Shown in pieces: positions 29,127 through 39,800 of a stretch of DNA of 64,000 nt. Source of the stretch: Pirellulales bacterium (GTDB lineage: Bacteria > Planctomycetota > Planctomycetia > Pirellulales > Pirellulaceae). A program made the translations under genes and the position numbers. The DNA lies in NCBI GenBank assembly GCA_046349875.1, contig JAXMBN010000022.1, positions 34,274 through 98,273 on the forward strand, read 5' to 3'. The notes beneath the pieces are model-generated. The model was not told the DNA's origin. It saw only the letters and a program-made list of their open reading frames with translations, and searched no databases. Positions within the stretch are counted from its first letter, which is position 1. Each line of letters starts with the position of its first letter.

Positions 29127-31327
29127 GCCTAACGGGAATGGTACTCGATGTGACCGAGCGAGTGGTTTTCAATGAAGCGCTTCGATCGAGCGAGGAACGT
29201 CTGCGTGAAGCTGCATACGTGGCAGGATTTGGTGTTTTTGAGCACGAACATCGTACGGATACCCTCTTTTGGTCAAAGCAACTACGCGAGATTTATGGCG
29301 TCCCGATGGATACAACACCAAGCTTAGATCTATATCTGAGCATGGTACATCCCGATGATCTATCGAATGTGGAAATAGCCGTTCGTCGCGCTCATGACCC
29401 GAATGGCGATGGACGGTTTGAAGTGGAACATCGGCTCATCCGTCATGGGGATGGTGAGATTCGGTGGATTGCCACTCAAGCGCAAACACAATTCGCGGGC
29501 GAGGGCAAGTACCGTCATCCTTTGAGAACGGTTGGGGCCACGCTTGACGTGACGGAAGCTCGTGCGGCCGCTGAGGCACTGCAAACCAGTGAAACAAGGT
29601 ATCGCCAACTGGTGGACATGCTGCCGACGGGAATTCTGGTTCACTCGGATAACGAAATCCTCTATGGCAATCCAGCTCTTCTAAAACTAGTGGGTGCCAT
29701 CGATTCCCTTCAAATCCTTCACCGCTCTCCATACGACTTCTTCCATCCTTCCTCCCACGCTCTCCTCGAAGACCTACAAGCCGAAAAAGACAAACAAAAT
29801 CCATCTCCAAGCGGGTGCGAAGCCATTGGATTGAGATGCGATGGACGCTCCTTTCCCGTTCATATCACTTCCTGTCCAATCGAAGGCTATGATCAACCGA
29901 CAACATTGTTTGCGCTATCAGACCTAACGGAACTGGAAAGGTCCGCTGCTTTGTTGCGATCCGTTCTGGATAGCGTCGATGACGCGATCTTTACGGTCAA
30001 TGGACATGGCAAACTTACGTCTGCCAATCGCTCTACGCTTCGTCTCTTCGGTTACCAGGAATCGGAATTGCTGGACCAACCGGTATCGATGTTGCTTCCA
30101 GATACAAAAATTGCCGACCTGAGCCTCACCCTTGCGGACCACGCTGGAGCGAACCATGCAAGTGGATTGGGAATCGCTTGCGATGTGAATGGGACTCGCA
30201 ATGATGGATCGACTTTTCCAGCTGAACTAACCATCACCGAGTTTCTGCGCAATGGAGACCGCGAACTCACTGGAGTGCTCCGCGACATCACCGCTAAACG
30301 GCAATTGGAAGAGCAGTTTCGTCAAGCACAAAAGATGGAAGCCATTGGACGATTGGCTGGTGGAGTGGCTCATGACTTCAATAACTTACTAACCGTCATC
30401 AATGGATACTCTTCGATTGTATTAACCTACTCGCCCATTGACGAGAAAGCTCGCGGCCCAATCGAAGCGATTCAAGATGCAGGAGATCGTGCCGCACGAT
30501 TGACTCAGCAACTCCTTGCATTTAGCCGCAAATCCCTCGTGGAACCTCGGCTTATCGATTTGAATGAACTCGTAGTTGAATCCTCTAAGTTGCTTCGACG
30601 CCTCATCAGTGAAGATATTGCTTTTTCTATTCTCGTTGCTCCCAATCCCGTCTATCTGGTCATTGACCCGGGCCATATCGAACAGGTTTTGATGAATTTA
30701 GTTGTGAACGCTCGAGATTCCATGCCTACTGGAGGACGGCTTTCCATCAAAACGGAATTGGTTGATCTCACGAATCCCTCCGAGCGTCTTCCTACTTCGC
30801 TTGTCCCTGGTTGGTATGCGTCCATGGTCGTAACCGATTCCGGAAGTGGCATGAGCCCATCAGTAATGGAAAAAATATTCGAACCCTTCTTTACAACCAA
30901 AGAACTTGGCAAAGGCACAGGACTTGGCCTCGCCGTCGTCCATGGACTGGTGGAACAATCAGGCGGGTCGATCGCCGTTGAATCGACTGTTGGAATGGGA
31001 ACGACTTTTAGGATCTTGCTTCTGCAGCCAGTCAACCAAAACCTTACTAATCATGGCAACTCCGTTGCTTTCACCACGTGGTGGAGAAACAATACTCGTA
31101 ACCGAGGACGAAGATGCGGTACGCACACTGGTTCGAGTAGCGTTAGAAACTCAGGGCTACACAGTCATCACCGCATCGAGTGGCAAAGAGGCACTTCATC
31201 TTCTTCGATCGTATCAGGGCACGATCGATCTGGTCATCACCGATGTGATCATGCCAGGAATGAGCGGTCGAGAATTGGTATTGGCAGCTCGAGAGTTCCA
31301 ACCGCACCTTCCGGGTCCTTTATATGA
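29009..31327 (+). CDS. PAS/PAC histidine kinase core. Middle fragment of the same frameshifted gene.
   Basis: Continues the PAC motif (GVPLSLTGMVLDVTER) in frame 2. HisKA LAGGVAHDFNNLLTVINGY. HATPase GSGMSPSVMEKIFEPFFTTK...GTGLGLAVVHGLV. The frame is lost after FRILL at an AAAA run (31038-31041). Confidence 0.7.
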   Translation: MPRRWNRLPKSIPHCHSRRQGQHFEDYGFLERSPEGVPLSLTGMVLDVTERVVFNEALRSSEERLREAAYVAGFGVFEHEHRTDTLFWSKQLREIYGVPMDTTPSLDLYLSMVHPDDLSNVEIAVRRAHDPNGDGRFEVEHRLIRHGDGEIRWIATQAQTQFAGEGKYRHPLRTVGATLDVTEARAAAEALQTSETRYRQLVDMLPTGILVHSDNEILYGNPALLKLVGAIDSLQILHRSPYDFFHPSSHALLEDLQAEKDKQNPSPSGCEAIGLRCDGRSFPVHITSCPIEGYDQPTTLFALSDLTELERSAALLRSVLDSVDDAIFTVNGHGKLTSANRSTLRLFGYQESELLDQPVSMLLPDTKIADLSLTLADHAGANHASGLGIACDVNGTRNDGSTFPAELTITEFLRNGDRELTGVLRDITAKRQLEEQFRQAQKMEAIGRLAGGVAHDFNNLLTVINGYSSIVLTYSPIDEKARGPIEAIQDAGDRAARLTQQLLAFSRKSLVEPRLIDLNELVVESSKLLRRLISEDIAFSILVAPNPVYLVIDPGHIEQVLMNLVVNARDSMPTGGRLSIKTELVDLTNPSERLPTSLVPGWYASMVVTDSGSGMSPSVMEKIFEPFFTTKELGKGTGLGLAVVHGLVEQSGGSIAVESTVGMGTTFRILLLQPVNQNLTNHGNSVAFTTWWRNNTRNRGRRCGTHTGSSSVRNSGLHSHHRIEWQRGTSSSSIVSGHDRSGHHRCDHARNERSRIGIGSSRVPTAPSGSFI

Positions 31328-31455
31328 GCGGTTATACCGATGATGCACTCGTTCGCTATGGATTGGAAGGCGAGCCGGATCATTTTATTGGCAAGCCGTT
31401 TACCCCCTTCGTTCTCTCAAGAAAAGTCCGCACGATTCTCGACGTCCATGAGTGA
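31053..31455 (+). CDS. Response-regulator receiver domain. C-terminal fragment of the same gene, with a further 1-nt shift at 31313-31315.
   Basis: TILVTEDEDAVRTLV...ITDVIMPGMSG in frame 0. The end ...LYMSGYTDDAL...GKPFTPFVL continues in frame 1 after a GGG run. Stop at 31453-31455. Confidence 0.6.
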
Positions 31456-31591
31456 ATGTGTCCCGAGATGCGGTCGATGATGCATCGAGCATTTTCATTT
31501 CGCATGCTTGCTTGACGCCATGGCAATAATTTCCTTTGATTCCATTGAGAACCAGTTGGTGAACGAGTCTACGCAGGCAAGGAGTTTCGAC

Positions 31592-32210
31592 ATGGATCGT
31601 ACAGAGCATTGGGAGAATGTCTATCGAACGAAGAAGGCAACGGAGGTGAGCTGGTATGAAGCCGATCCGATCATGTCGTTAGACTTGATCATGGAGGTAG
31701 TGGAAAGCCCTCACGGGCATATCTATCGACATCGAGGGTGGGCAATCATTCTTAGCGGATTGATCGGCTGGTGGAAGCTGGCTTTGTTGATCTCACCGTT
31801 CTCGATGTTTCTCAAACAGCGATTACAGCCACAAGTCGCCCATCGGTCGCAACGCATCTTCTATAACCTGGATCATCAGCGATATTACAACCGCAACTCT
31901 TCCCGGTTTCTACGATGTTTGGCACGATCGAGCCGTTTTTCATTTCCTGACGGACCCCAACGATCAACAACGTTACATCGATTTACTGAAGGCTTCCTTG
32001 CGCCTACACGGCCACTTCATCGTGGGTACTTTTGCTAAAGAAGGACCAACACAATGCAGTGGACTAGCTATCCAACAGTACGATCACGCCGACATGACGC
32101 ACCTCCTTGGCAACGCCTTCGAACCGGTTCGTAGCTTATCCTATCGGCACATAACGCCCTCTGGAAAGCCTCAAGAGTTTTACTTTGGGATCTTCAAGAG
32201 AATCCAATAA
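31592..32210 (+). pseudogene. Class I SAM-dependent methyltransferase (about 206 aa), split across frames 2, 0, 1 and 0.
   Basis: N-terminus MDRTEHWENVYRTKKATEVSWYEADPIMSLDLI. Motif I ISIDIEGGQSFLAD. Then LIDRLVEAGFVDLTVLDVSQTAI. Then ITWIISDITTATLPGFYDVWHDRAVFHFLTDP. C-terminus GHFIVGTFAKEGPTQCSGL...HITPSGKPQEFYF. The motifs are intact despite three shifts. Confidence 0.7.
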
Positions 32211-32370
32211 CCGGCGATAGCGTTGACCGCTTAACCTTCGATCGGATGCAAATGCAATGTCGTCCGACAACTCCTCTTCAACGAGTCCTGCGTGTCAAAA
32301 GCTGGCTCTCTTTTCTCAAACTCATTACCATCCAAGAGGGTCTGTCTTCTCTCTCGCAGGAGTTTCGTTC

Positions 32371-33210
32371 ATGAAGTACTCAACCATCCCCATCCTACTT
32401 CTATTTCTGATTGTCTCCCGCCCCATGGTTGCAAATGAAGATGGCAAAACGTCAACCATCGGCATAAACGGCGAAGCAGAAATTCGGATTGCCGCGGACG
32501 AACTCGTGATTCATGCCTCGATCGAATCCTCTGGCAAAACGGCCGCAGATGCCTGCCAAACGAATCGCGAAAAGAGCGGGAAATTGACTGAATTTCTGAA
32601 GTCACAGAATATCCCAGAACAACTGATCGATATCGATCTCGTTTCAGTCCGAGAGGTATTGGCGGAAAGTCGAGGCAAAGGATCGCAATCCGATTCCGAC
32701 CCATTTCAAGATGGCAATGCCCAACAATCATTTTCAGCCGAACTCCGACGCCGAGCCGTTGGTTATGTTGCCGTTCGTCGTTTTGCCATCGTCGTGAAAG
32801 ATTTTGGAAAGTTCGAAGCGATTTACCAAGGTATGGTCGATCAAGGTGTCAATCGAATCGATCAAGTAACCTATCGATCATCAAAAGAGAAGGAAAGTCG
32901 GGAACAGCTTGTCTTGTTGGCTGTTCGAGCTGCCAAAGAGCGAAGCCAAGCAATGACGCGAGAACTCGGTGCCCGCGTAACATCGATTCATTCGATCGGC
33001 GACCCTAAAATTTCCATTGGGGATGGCGGGCGTGGTGGCTATGGAATGGGAGGTGGCTATGGAATGGGAGGTGGGATGGGAATGGGAGGTGGGATGGGAA
33101 TGGATCCCTTCGGAAGTGATCAGTCCACCAATCTTTCCTCGCAAATTGTCCTTCGATGCACTGTCTTCATCACATTTCATCTCGCAGAGTCCCAAGACAC
33201 GAAGCCATGA
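32371..33210 (+). CDS. SIMPL-domain (DUF541) periplasmic protein with a Gly/Met-rich low-complexity tail.
   Basis: Signal peptide MKYSTIPILLLFLIVSRPMVA. SIMPL-like core. Tail GGYGMGGGYGMGGGMGMGGGMGM encoded by a DNA tandem repeat. Confidence 0.6.
   Translation: MKYSTIPILLLFLIVSRPMVANEDGKTSTIGINGEAEIRIAADELVIHASIESSGKTAADACQTNREKSGKLTEFLKSQNIPEQLIDIDLVSVREVLAESRGKGSQSDSDPFQDGNAQQSFSAELRRRAVGYVAVRRFAIVVKDFGKFEAIYQGMVDQGVNRIDQVTYRSSKEKESREQLVLLAVRAAKERSQAMTRELGARVTSIHSIGDPKISIGDGGRGGYGMGGGYGMGGGMGMGGGMGMDPFGSDQSTNLSSQIVLRCTVFITFHLAESQDTKP
33035..33110 (+). repeat. Coding tandem repeat (ggtggctatggaatgggag / ggtgggatgggaatgggag units) encoding the G/M-rich tail.
   Basis: Direct repeats visible in the sequence at 33037-33110. 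Confidence 0.6.
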
Positions 33211-33391
33211 AAGGGTGAAGAAACACAGGCATTGCGGTCGTGCCCAATGTTTCTCCAACTTTTTGGGGTCGCGAATGTCGATGTACGCTTGGTGGAAACG
33301 ATTACGACATATCCTTCGACACGACTGACCTCACGACATTCCAATGATCGTGTGCATCCACCGACGACCGTATACCATGAGGACAAACCGT

Positions 33392-33994
33392 ATGCGAAAA
33401 ATCATCGTCCATGAACATCTCACCATGGACGGCGTCCTGCAAGGACCGGGCGGGCCTCAAGAAGACATCAGCAATGGATTTGCTCACGGCGGATGGATCG
33501 CCCCGTTTTCCGATCCAAAGCTCGATGAGATTCTTCAGAAACAAATGAATCTGCCATTTGATTTGTTGCTAGGCCGAAAAACATTTGAAATTTGGGAACC
33601 GTATTGGCCCCAGCATTCACAATATTGGCCCAGGGTTATGGAAGCAACAAAGTATGTTGCTTCGAATACTCGGACGACCAGTCCATGGAGCCTTTCGCAG
33701 TTTCTCGGAGGAGATATCGTCGCCAAGATTCGTGATCTCAAACAACAGCCAGGTCCTGATCTGCATGTCTGGGGTAGCAGCCACCTTTTGCAGACTCTGA
33801 TGAAACACGATTTGATCGATACCTATTGGCTGCTGATTTATCCTGTCACGCTAGGGAGTGGAAAGCGACTCTTTGATCATGGAACGTTCACCGCTGCTTA
33901 TGATGTTACGGAAAGCTACGTCTCCCCAAGCGGCGTGATCGCCTTGACGTACGAACGTGCCGGAGACCTTCAGACTGGAACCGCCGGCGGATGA
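33392..33994 (+). CDS. Dihydrofolate reductase family protein (RibD C-terminal domain-like).
   Basis: MRKIIVHEHLTMDGVLQGPGG...LHVWGSSHLLQTLMKHDLIDTYWLLIYPVTLGSGKRLF is typical of the RibD_C/DHFR-like family. ATG at 33392. Confidence 0.7.
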   Translation: MRKIIVHEHLTMDGVLQGPGGPQEDISNGFAHGGWIAPFSDPKLDEILQKQMNLPFDLLLGRKTFEIWEPYWPQHSQYWPRVMEATKYVASNTRTTSPWSLSQFLGGDIVAKIRDLKQQPGPDLHVWGSSHLLQTLMKHDLIDTYWLLIYPVTLGSGKRLFDHGTFTAAYDVTESYVSPSGVIALTYERAGDLQTGTAGG

Positions 33995-34304
33995 CTCGGA
34001 AATCGTGCGATTGTCCTGTCGTGCGATTGTCCCAATCGCGAACCTTTGTTTGATCATTGCAATCGTTGTCGGTAATCTGAATGTTGGATAGTCGTGAGAA
34101 CGTTCGTTCTGCCAATACTCCGACGATCGGGACGATCGTGCTACGGCCATCTCGACCGTCGGGAAAAAGGCTGCTAAAACCCTCGTTCTTGGGTTTTTCG
34201 ATCAAAATGAAAAGAATTCGTTGCACGGTTTAGCACTCGTTTTCGCACTCCAGTACGACGGCCTTTTTGCCTCTTGGGATGCGAACGACAAGGGATAATC
34301 AACC

Positions 34305-36239
34305 ATGCACAAGCGAATCGTTTTCCTTTTGGTACTAGCAACGATCCTTCCATGGGATAAATCTTACGCCGAATCTCCGCAACATACGATTCCAATGGAA
34401 GCCAGACCGGAAGTCGCCTTATCTTCGCGTTCGTTGGAAATCGGAAACTGGTCGATCCCACTCGGTGCTGGAGATGCGACACCGGTCGTTATGGATGGAC
34501 ACGTCTTCGTTTCAGATGCGACTTTTGATGACGATGGAGTAGAAGCACTTCGCATTCAATGCCTTGAGGCCCTGACTGGTCAAATGATTTGGTCGCGACA
34601 ACTGGTCGAGAAGAGTTTCGCTTCGCAGGACGTTAGCGATCGTTTTCCGGTGCGACCCATGACGCCTCTGACTTCCACGGAACATGGAATCGTTTCCATT
34701 AGTTATGGTGGCTGTGTATCTTGTTTCGATCCGAAGACTGGCTGCCAACGATGGAAATTGGACCTTGTTGACGAACTGCATGCCCCTCCATTGCAATTTG
34801 GCTGGTGTTCGCAACCATGGACGAATGGAGAAGTTATCGTTTTGGCGTGCGGCGGTCCCGAAGCACTGCTCGTTGCCATAGATGCAAAGCGAGGGAACAT
34901 TATTTGGAAAGCGGGGCAAGGCGAAGCAGCGTATGGTTCGATCGTATCCCTCGCAATTGAAGGGGAACTCCAATTAGCATACATGGGGCAAAATGAACTG
35001 ATCGGCGTCGACCCGATTAAAGGGAATGTACTTTGGAATTATCCACTTCCCAAACCTGGTTTGACCAACACAGTGACTCCGTTATCTTTAGCCCATTCAC
35101 GACTCCTTGTATCGGGACAAGGTTTGAATGAAACGCGCATGCTTCAAGTGAGCCGCGATGGCAGCGGGTGGAAAGTCGCTGAACTTTGGCAATCGTCTCG
35201 GATGATTCCTTTCTACTGCAATTGGATGATCGACGAAAAGTCTCAGTCGGTGATTGGCTTTGCGTCAGGCCGCACCGTGTGCCTTAATCTAGAAAACGGC
35301 GATTCGAATTGGAAACAGCGAGGATGGACCGATGCTAACTTCATCGCTGTCGGAGCGAAAGTTCTTGGCGTTCGCGGAGATGGATGGATTGGCCTTTGTG
35401 AGATCACGAAGGAAGGACTTCAATTGACTCACGGTACCCGCGCAGTAAGCGACCGCGTTTGGGCTCCTCCGGTTATTGTCGGTACTTCGGTGCTCATTCG
35501 CGGTCGACAGTCGCTTACCGCTCTCGATCTTCACCGATTGCCAACGTTGTCAGCCTTTCCTCAAGGTACGGATGTCGATGCGATGTCCGCGATGTATGGC
35601 CAACGCCATGAAAAAGTTGCGGCTTTGCTTGAGACCGCACAGAATTCACCCAAGACCTTTGACCCTCGAGCCTTGGAAGAATTGCTCGCCGATCGATCCA
35701 TACGCTTTGCTCCTCGCGATTACCTAGACCTCTTTATCGCTCTTCAAGACCAACCGGCAACAATGCGATTACCATTGGCACGTGATTGGGTCTTTCGAGA
35801 GCCACAATCCATCGTGGCATTTGACAACTTGACTACAATCCTAGAGCATGCAGGCTTCGCAGAGGAAGCTCGACAAAACCGGCAAGAACGAAGTGTCGAG
35901 ATCGAATTCGTGATCGACGTACCCAACATACCTCCCCCGCCAACCATGATCTATCTTACTGGCAACGCAGCAGCCACCGGCAATTGGAAAACCAAAGGAG
36001 TGCCTCTGCAACGCATGGATGATGGACGTTACAGCGGACGCATTGCGTTGCCGCGGGGCGACTTCGAATTCAAGTTGACACTAGGCAGCGTTGATTTAGA
36101 AGAGGTCCGAAGCGATGGTCGCGGCATCTCCAATCGTCGGCGTCGAATTCAGCAACCCATAACCATCCAGGCAAGCGTTCAAGGTTGGAAGACTCCGAAC
36201 AAACGCGAAAATTCTCCAACACTTGTTCCAGCACCTTGA
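34305..36239 (+). CDS. Secreted PQQ-like beta-propeller repeat protein with a C-terminal extension.
   Basis: Signal peptide MHKRIVFLLVLATILPWDKSYA. Repeated W-containing blade motifs (GQMIWSRQL; CQRWKLDL; GNIIWKAG; GNVLWNYPL). Confidence 0.6.
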   Translation: MHKRIVFLLVLATILPWDKSYAESPQHTIPMEARPEVALSSRSLEIGNWSIPLGAGDATPVVMDGHVFVSDATFDDDGVEALRIQCLEALTGQMIWSRQLVEKSFASQDVSDRFPVRPMTPLTSTEHGIVSISYGGCVSCFDPKTGCQRWKLDLVDELHAPPLQFGWCSQPWTNGEVIVLACGGPEALLVAIDAKRGNIIWKAGQGEAAYGSIVSLAIEGELQLAYMGQNELIGVDPIKGNVLWNYPLPKPGLTNTVTPLSLAHSRLLVSGQGLNETRMLQVSRDGSGWKVAELWQSSRMIPFYCNWMIDEKSQSVIGFASGRTVCLNLENGDSNWKQRGWTDANFIAVGAKVLGVRGDGWIGLCEITKEGLQLTHGTRAVSDRVWAPPVIVGTSVLIRGRQSLTALDLHRLPTLSAFPQGTDVDAMSAMYGQRHEKVAALLETAQNSPKTFDPRALEELLADRSIRFAPRDYLDLFIALQDQPATMRLPLARDWVFREPQSIVAFDNLTTILEHAGFAEEARQNRQERSVEIEFVIDVPNIPPPPTMIYLTGNAAATGNWKTKGVPLQRMDDGRYSGRIALPRGDFEFKLTLGSVDLEEVRSDGRGISNRRRRIQQPITIQASVQGWKTPNKRENSPTLVPAP

Positions 36240-36294
36240 GTTCTAAGTTCCAACGCGGCTTTGACCACCCAAAATAACTTTCGTTAGCTTCAGC

Positions 36295-36864
36295 ATGAAT
36301 GATTCAAGGCCGATAACCGTACTGCTCACTCAAGCAAAATCGGGCAACCCCGAAGCCTCCAGAAAACTGTGGGAGAGTGTATACGATGAGATCCGGGTCT
36401 TGTCCCAGCGGGCTCTCGACCGCGAATTTGGACAACCCACACTCCAGGCTACCGAACTGGCTCATGAAGCCTACTTGAAACTCGTTGGAAGCAGCGTACT
36501 TGCCGCCGAGAATCGTAGCCATCTTTTAGCTACCGTAGCCAAAGCTATCCGTCAATTGCTAGTCGATCGCGCCCGCGCTCGCAAAGCTGACAAACGAGGT
36601 GGAAAGCAAGTTCGTGTCTTACTCGATGACATACTCGATGAGAGCATCGCGAATCCAACCGATCTTCTCGATCTGAACGACGCTCTCGAGCAACTTGCAC
36701 TAATCGATTCTCGCCATGCCAAACTCGTTGAATTACGTTACTTCGGTGGAATGACTTTGGAAGAAGCAGCGGATGAATTGGATCTCTCTCGGCGAACCTT
36801 GGCGAGTGACTGGGCACTGGCCAAAGCTTGGCTACGTCGATATCTCGATAGGGGGCGATCATGA
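36295..36864 (+). CDS. ECF-type RNA polymerase sigma factor (planctomycete STK-associated type).
   Basis: Sigma-70 region 2 (LAHEAYLKL) and region 4 (LVELRYFGGMTLEEAADELDLSRRTLASDW). Overlaps the downstream kinase gene by 4 nt. Confidence 0.75.
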   Translation: MNDSRPITVLLTQAKSGNPEASRKLWESVYDEIRVLSQRALDREFGQPTLQATELAHEAYLKLVGSSVLAAENRSHLLATVAKAIRQLLVDRARARKADKRGGKQVRVLLDDILDESIANPTDLLDLNDALEQLALIDSRHAKLVELRYFGGMTLEEAADELDLSRRTLASDWALAKAWLRRYLDRGRS

Positions 36865-39800
36865 CCTTGAACTTTGAAGATGTTCGCCACTGGTTCTTGA
36901 ATGCAAGGCAGATCGACCCTTCCACTCGCGATGCATGGCTCCATGCGCAATGCACGGATCCCATGATACGAGCCGAAGTTTGCGAGCTTTTGGCATTTGA
37001 TCGCGACGATGTTTTTTTGGAAAAGGCGGTTGTATCGCCACCGACGTCCTGGAACGAATCCACGATGGATTACACAGCAAGCGAGAACGTCGAATCGCAA
37101 ACCTTTGCCGACCGTTACAAACTTCTTCAGTCGATTGGCGAAGGAGGCTTTGGGGTCGTCTACATGGCCGATCAATTGAAGCCAGTACGGCGCCGCGTGG
37201 CTATCAAGCTCTTGCGACTGCATGCAGATTCCAAGAGTGTTGTGGCCCGCTTTGAATCGGAACGTCAAGCTCTAGCCATGATGGACCACCCCAACATCGC
37301 CAAGGTATACGATGGAGGTGTTACCGAAGAAGGGGTGCCCTATTTTGTCATGGAGCTTGTCAACGGGATTCCCATCACCGCCTTTTGCGATGCAAACCAA
37401 CTATCCAATGCGGACCGGATGAAGTTATTGATCACGGTCTGCCACGCTGTGCAACACGCGCATCAGAAGGGGGTGATCCATCGCGACTTGAAACCATCGA
37501 ACTTATTGGTCTCCATGCTCGATGGATCTCCCATTCCCAAGGTGATCGACTTTGGTATTGCCAAAGCTCTCCATGGTCCGCTTACAGACAAAACTCTATT
37601 TACCTCATTTCAACAAATGATTGGTACGCCTGAGTACATGAGCCCTGAGCAAGCGGAGACGTCCATCGTGGATGCCGATACGCGGAGCGACGTCTATTCT
37701 TTGGGTGTGATCGCCTACGAGTTGCTGACGGGAACCACGCCTTTCGATGGTCATTCCCTTCGCAAATTGGGGTTGGCGGAAATCCAACGAACGATTCGTG
37801 AAGTCGATCCACCCAAGCCTAGTGATCGATTTAGCACCTTAGGCGACCAAGCCGTGGAAGTGGCGAAAAATCGAGGCGTACCACAAATCCATCAGCATCG
37901 CGCGATTCAAGGCGACTTGGATTGGATTGTGATGAAAGCCATGGAGAAAGATCGAAACCGACGATATGACTCGGCCCATGCTCTCGCCGATGATCTCGTT
38001 CGATGGTTACAAAATGAACCGATAGAAGCCCGGCCGCCCAGTGTTTTCTATCGCACGTCGAAGTTCCTTCGCCGTAATCATCGCTCAGCATTTGTCGGGT
38101 TGGCGATCGCTTTCGGTATTGTGCTGTCTTCCATTGGCTTGGGCTATGGATTGTCCGAACGAAATGCATCTCTTCTGCGACAGAGTGAGTCCGCATTTCG
38201 TGCAAGCCAACTTGAATTGACGGCTCAAGCTGAAGCAGAGCGCGTGGCAAGCCTCCAATATGGAAATGCCATGGTCGCGGCCAACGAGAGCTTTCTCAAT
38301 GGACGCCGATCAACCGCCCGAGCGTTGCTTGAAGAATGCCCAAAATCCAAACGAGGAATCGAATGGCATTGGCTAGATTACCTCGCTACCGACCACTCAT
38401 TGGTACTTAGCTCTGCATCGCGAAATCGTGGCCAGAGAGTTCTTTGTGGGTCCCCAACGAGCAACCATCTCTACAGCGGTGGACAGGATGGTGTTATTCA
38501 TCAATGGGATATTGCTTTGGGCAAAGAAATTCGTAGCTGGCTGGCAAGCGATCACCCGATCGCCCTCCTCGCCATCGATCACGAATCAAAACATCTTTTG
38601 TCTGCGTCTTCTCAAGGAGAGATCGCAATTTGGGATCCCGATACAACACACAAACAAGCAGTTACCACTCTCGAGACACTCCCAAAGGCAGCCTCATTCA
38701 TGAAGACCGACGATCTCTCGGATCCTTTAGCGTTCCAAGTGGCTATCGGAGACAATGAAGGAAAAATATGGCTTTGGAATCACCGTTCCAAGGATCCCCC
38801 TCGACGGCTTCATGCAGATGAGTCGCTGTTTCACGGAGACATTCAAACCCTCGAATTTCTAGACCGAGGAAACCAACTTCTTGCAGCAGGAAAGGGTGGA
38901 GTCCATCTCTTGAATACTGCGGATGGCACTGTTCTTGCTAGTTTCGGTCAGGATTGGATTCGCTATGGAGCGTTTTCGCTTGGGGACGCTACGCGTTTCG
39001 TTCAATTCGGACACACGGTCAGTACGTTGAATCTCAAAGAAATGAAAACAGAACGAGCTTTTGAAGTCCCTTCCGTAGGATTGCAAGGCGCCGTAATCAA
39101 TGCCCAGAAAACGTCACTTGTGATCGCCACGGAAGATCAATCGTTAAGAATGCTCGATCTCGCTTCCGGCAAGCAACAAACGATTGCCTACAATCAAGAT
39201 GCTCCATTCGTTCAGCTGACGATCGCAGGGAATGGCGAGTCCATAGCTGCTACCCTCGAAGATGGATCGCTTCACCTATGGACATACGATCGTTTAGTTT
39301 CACCCGAAAGCTGCAATGCCTTTGAAGGTGCAATCGCAAGCTTAGCTCGAAAGGATCGTCATTCGATCTACGCTCTGAGCGACCAAGGGGAATGGCTGCT
39401 CTGGAATCGCGACAAGAATACGAAGGAGTTATTTGGTCAAGCCCACGCCATCCAGGGCTTTAGTATTGCCATGAGTCCTCTTCGAGATTGCCTTGTTTCC
39501 AATGGCTTGGATCAACAGATGCAATTGTGGTCCACTGAAACGCATCAAAAAAAGCAAAGCCTTGATCTGGCTTTGGGCGCTCGATATCTGGCGTTCCATC
39601 CCAACAAGCCTTGGGTCGTTGGCCCCATGCCCAAGCATCTCGCTGATGTCGCAAGCTCAGGGCTGGACTTGCAACTTGCCTCCCAAGCCAACCTCGCTGT
39701 ATGGAACATCCACAATGGCAAGGTTGAACAATGCTTGCGCGGCTTAACGAATTGGGCGATGAAGTTGAGATTTTCTTCCACTGGAGATCAGCTAGCAGCT

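Noticed and set aside
31508-31591. The upstream extension of the methyltransferase ORF (MLDAMAIISFDSIENQLVNEST...).
   Set aside because: Class I MTases of this type begin at MDRTEHWENVY. The upstream codons are probably untranslated leader.
33035-33110. Short tandem repeats that might suggest a CRISPR or minisatellite.
   Set aside because: The units are about 18 bp with no spacers, and they are in-frame coding sequence for the Gly/Met tail of the SIMPL protein.
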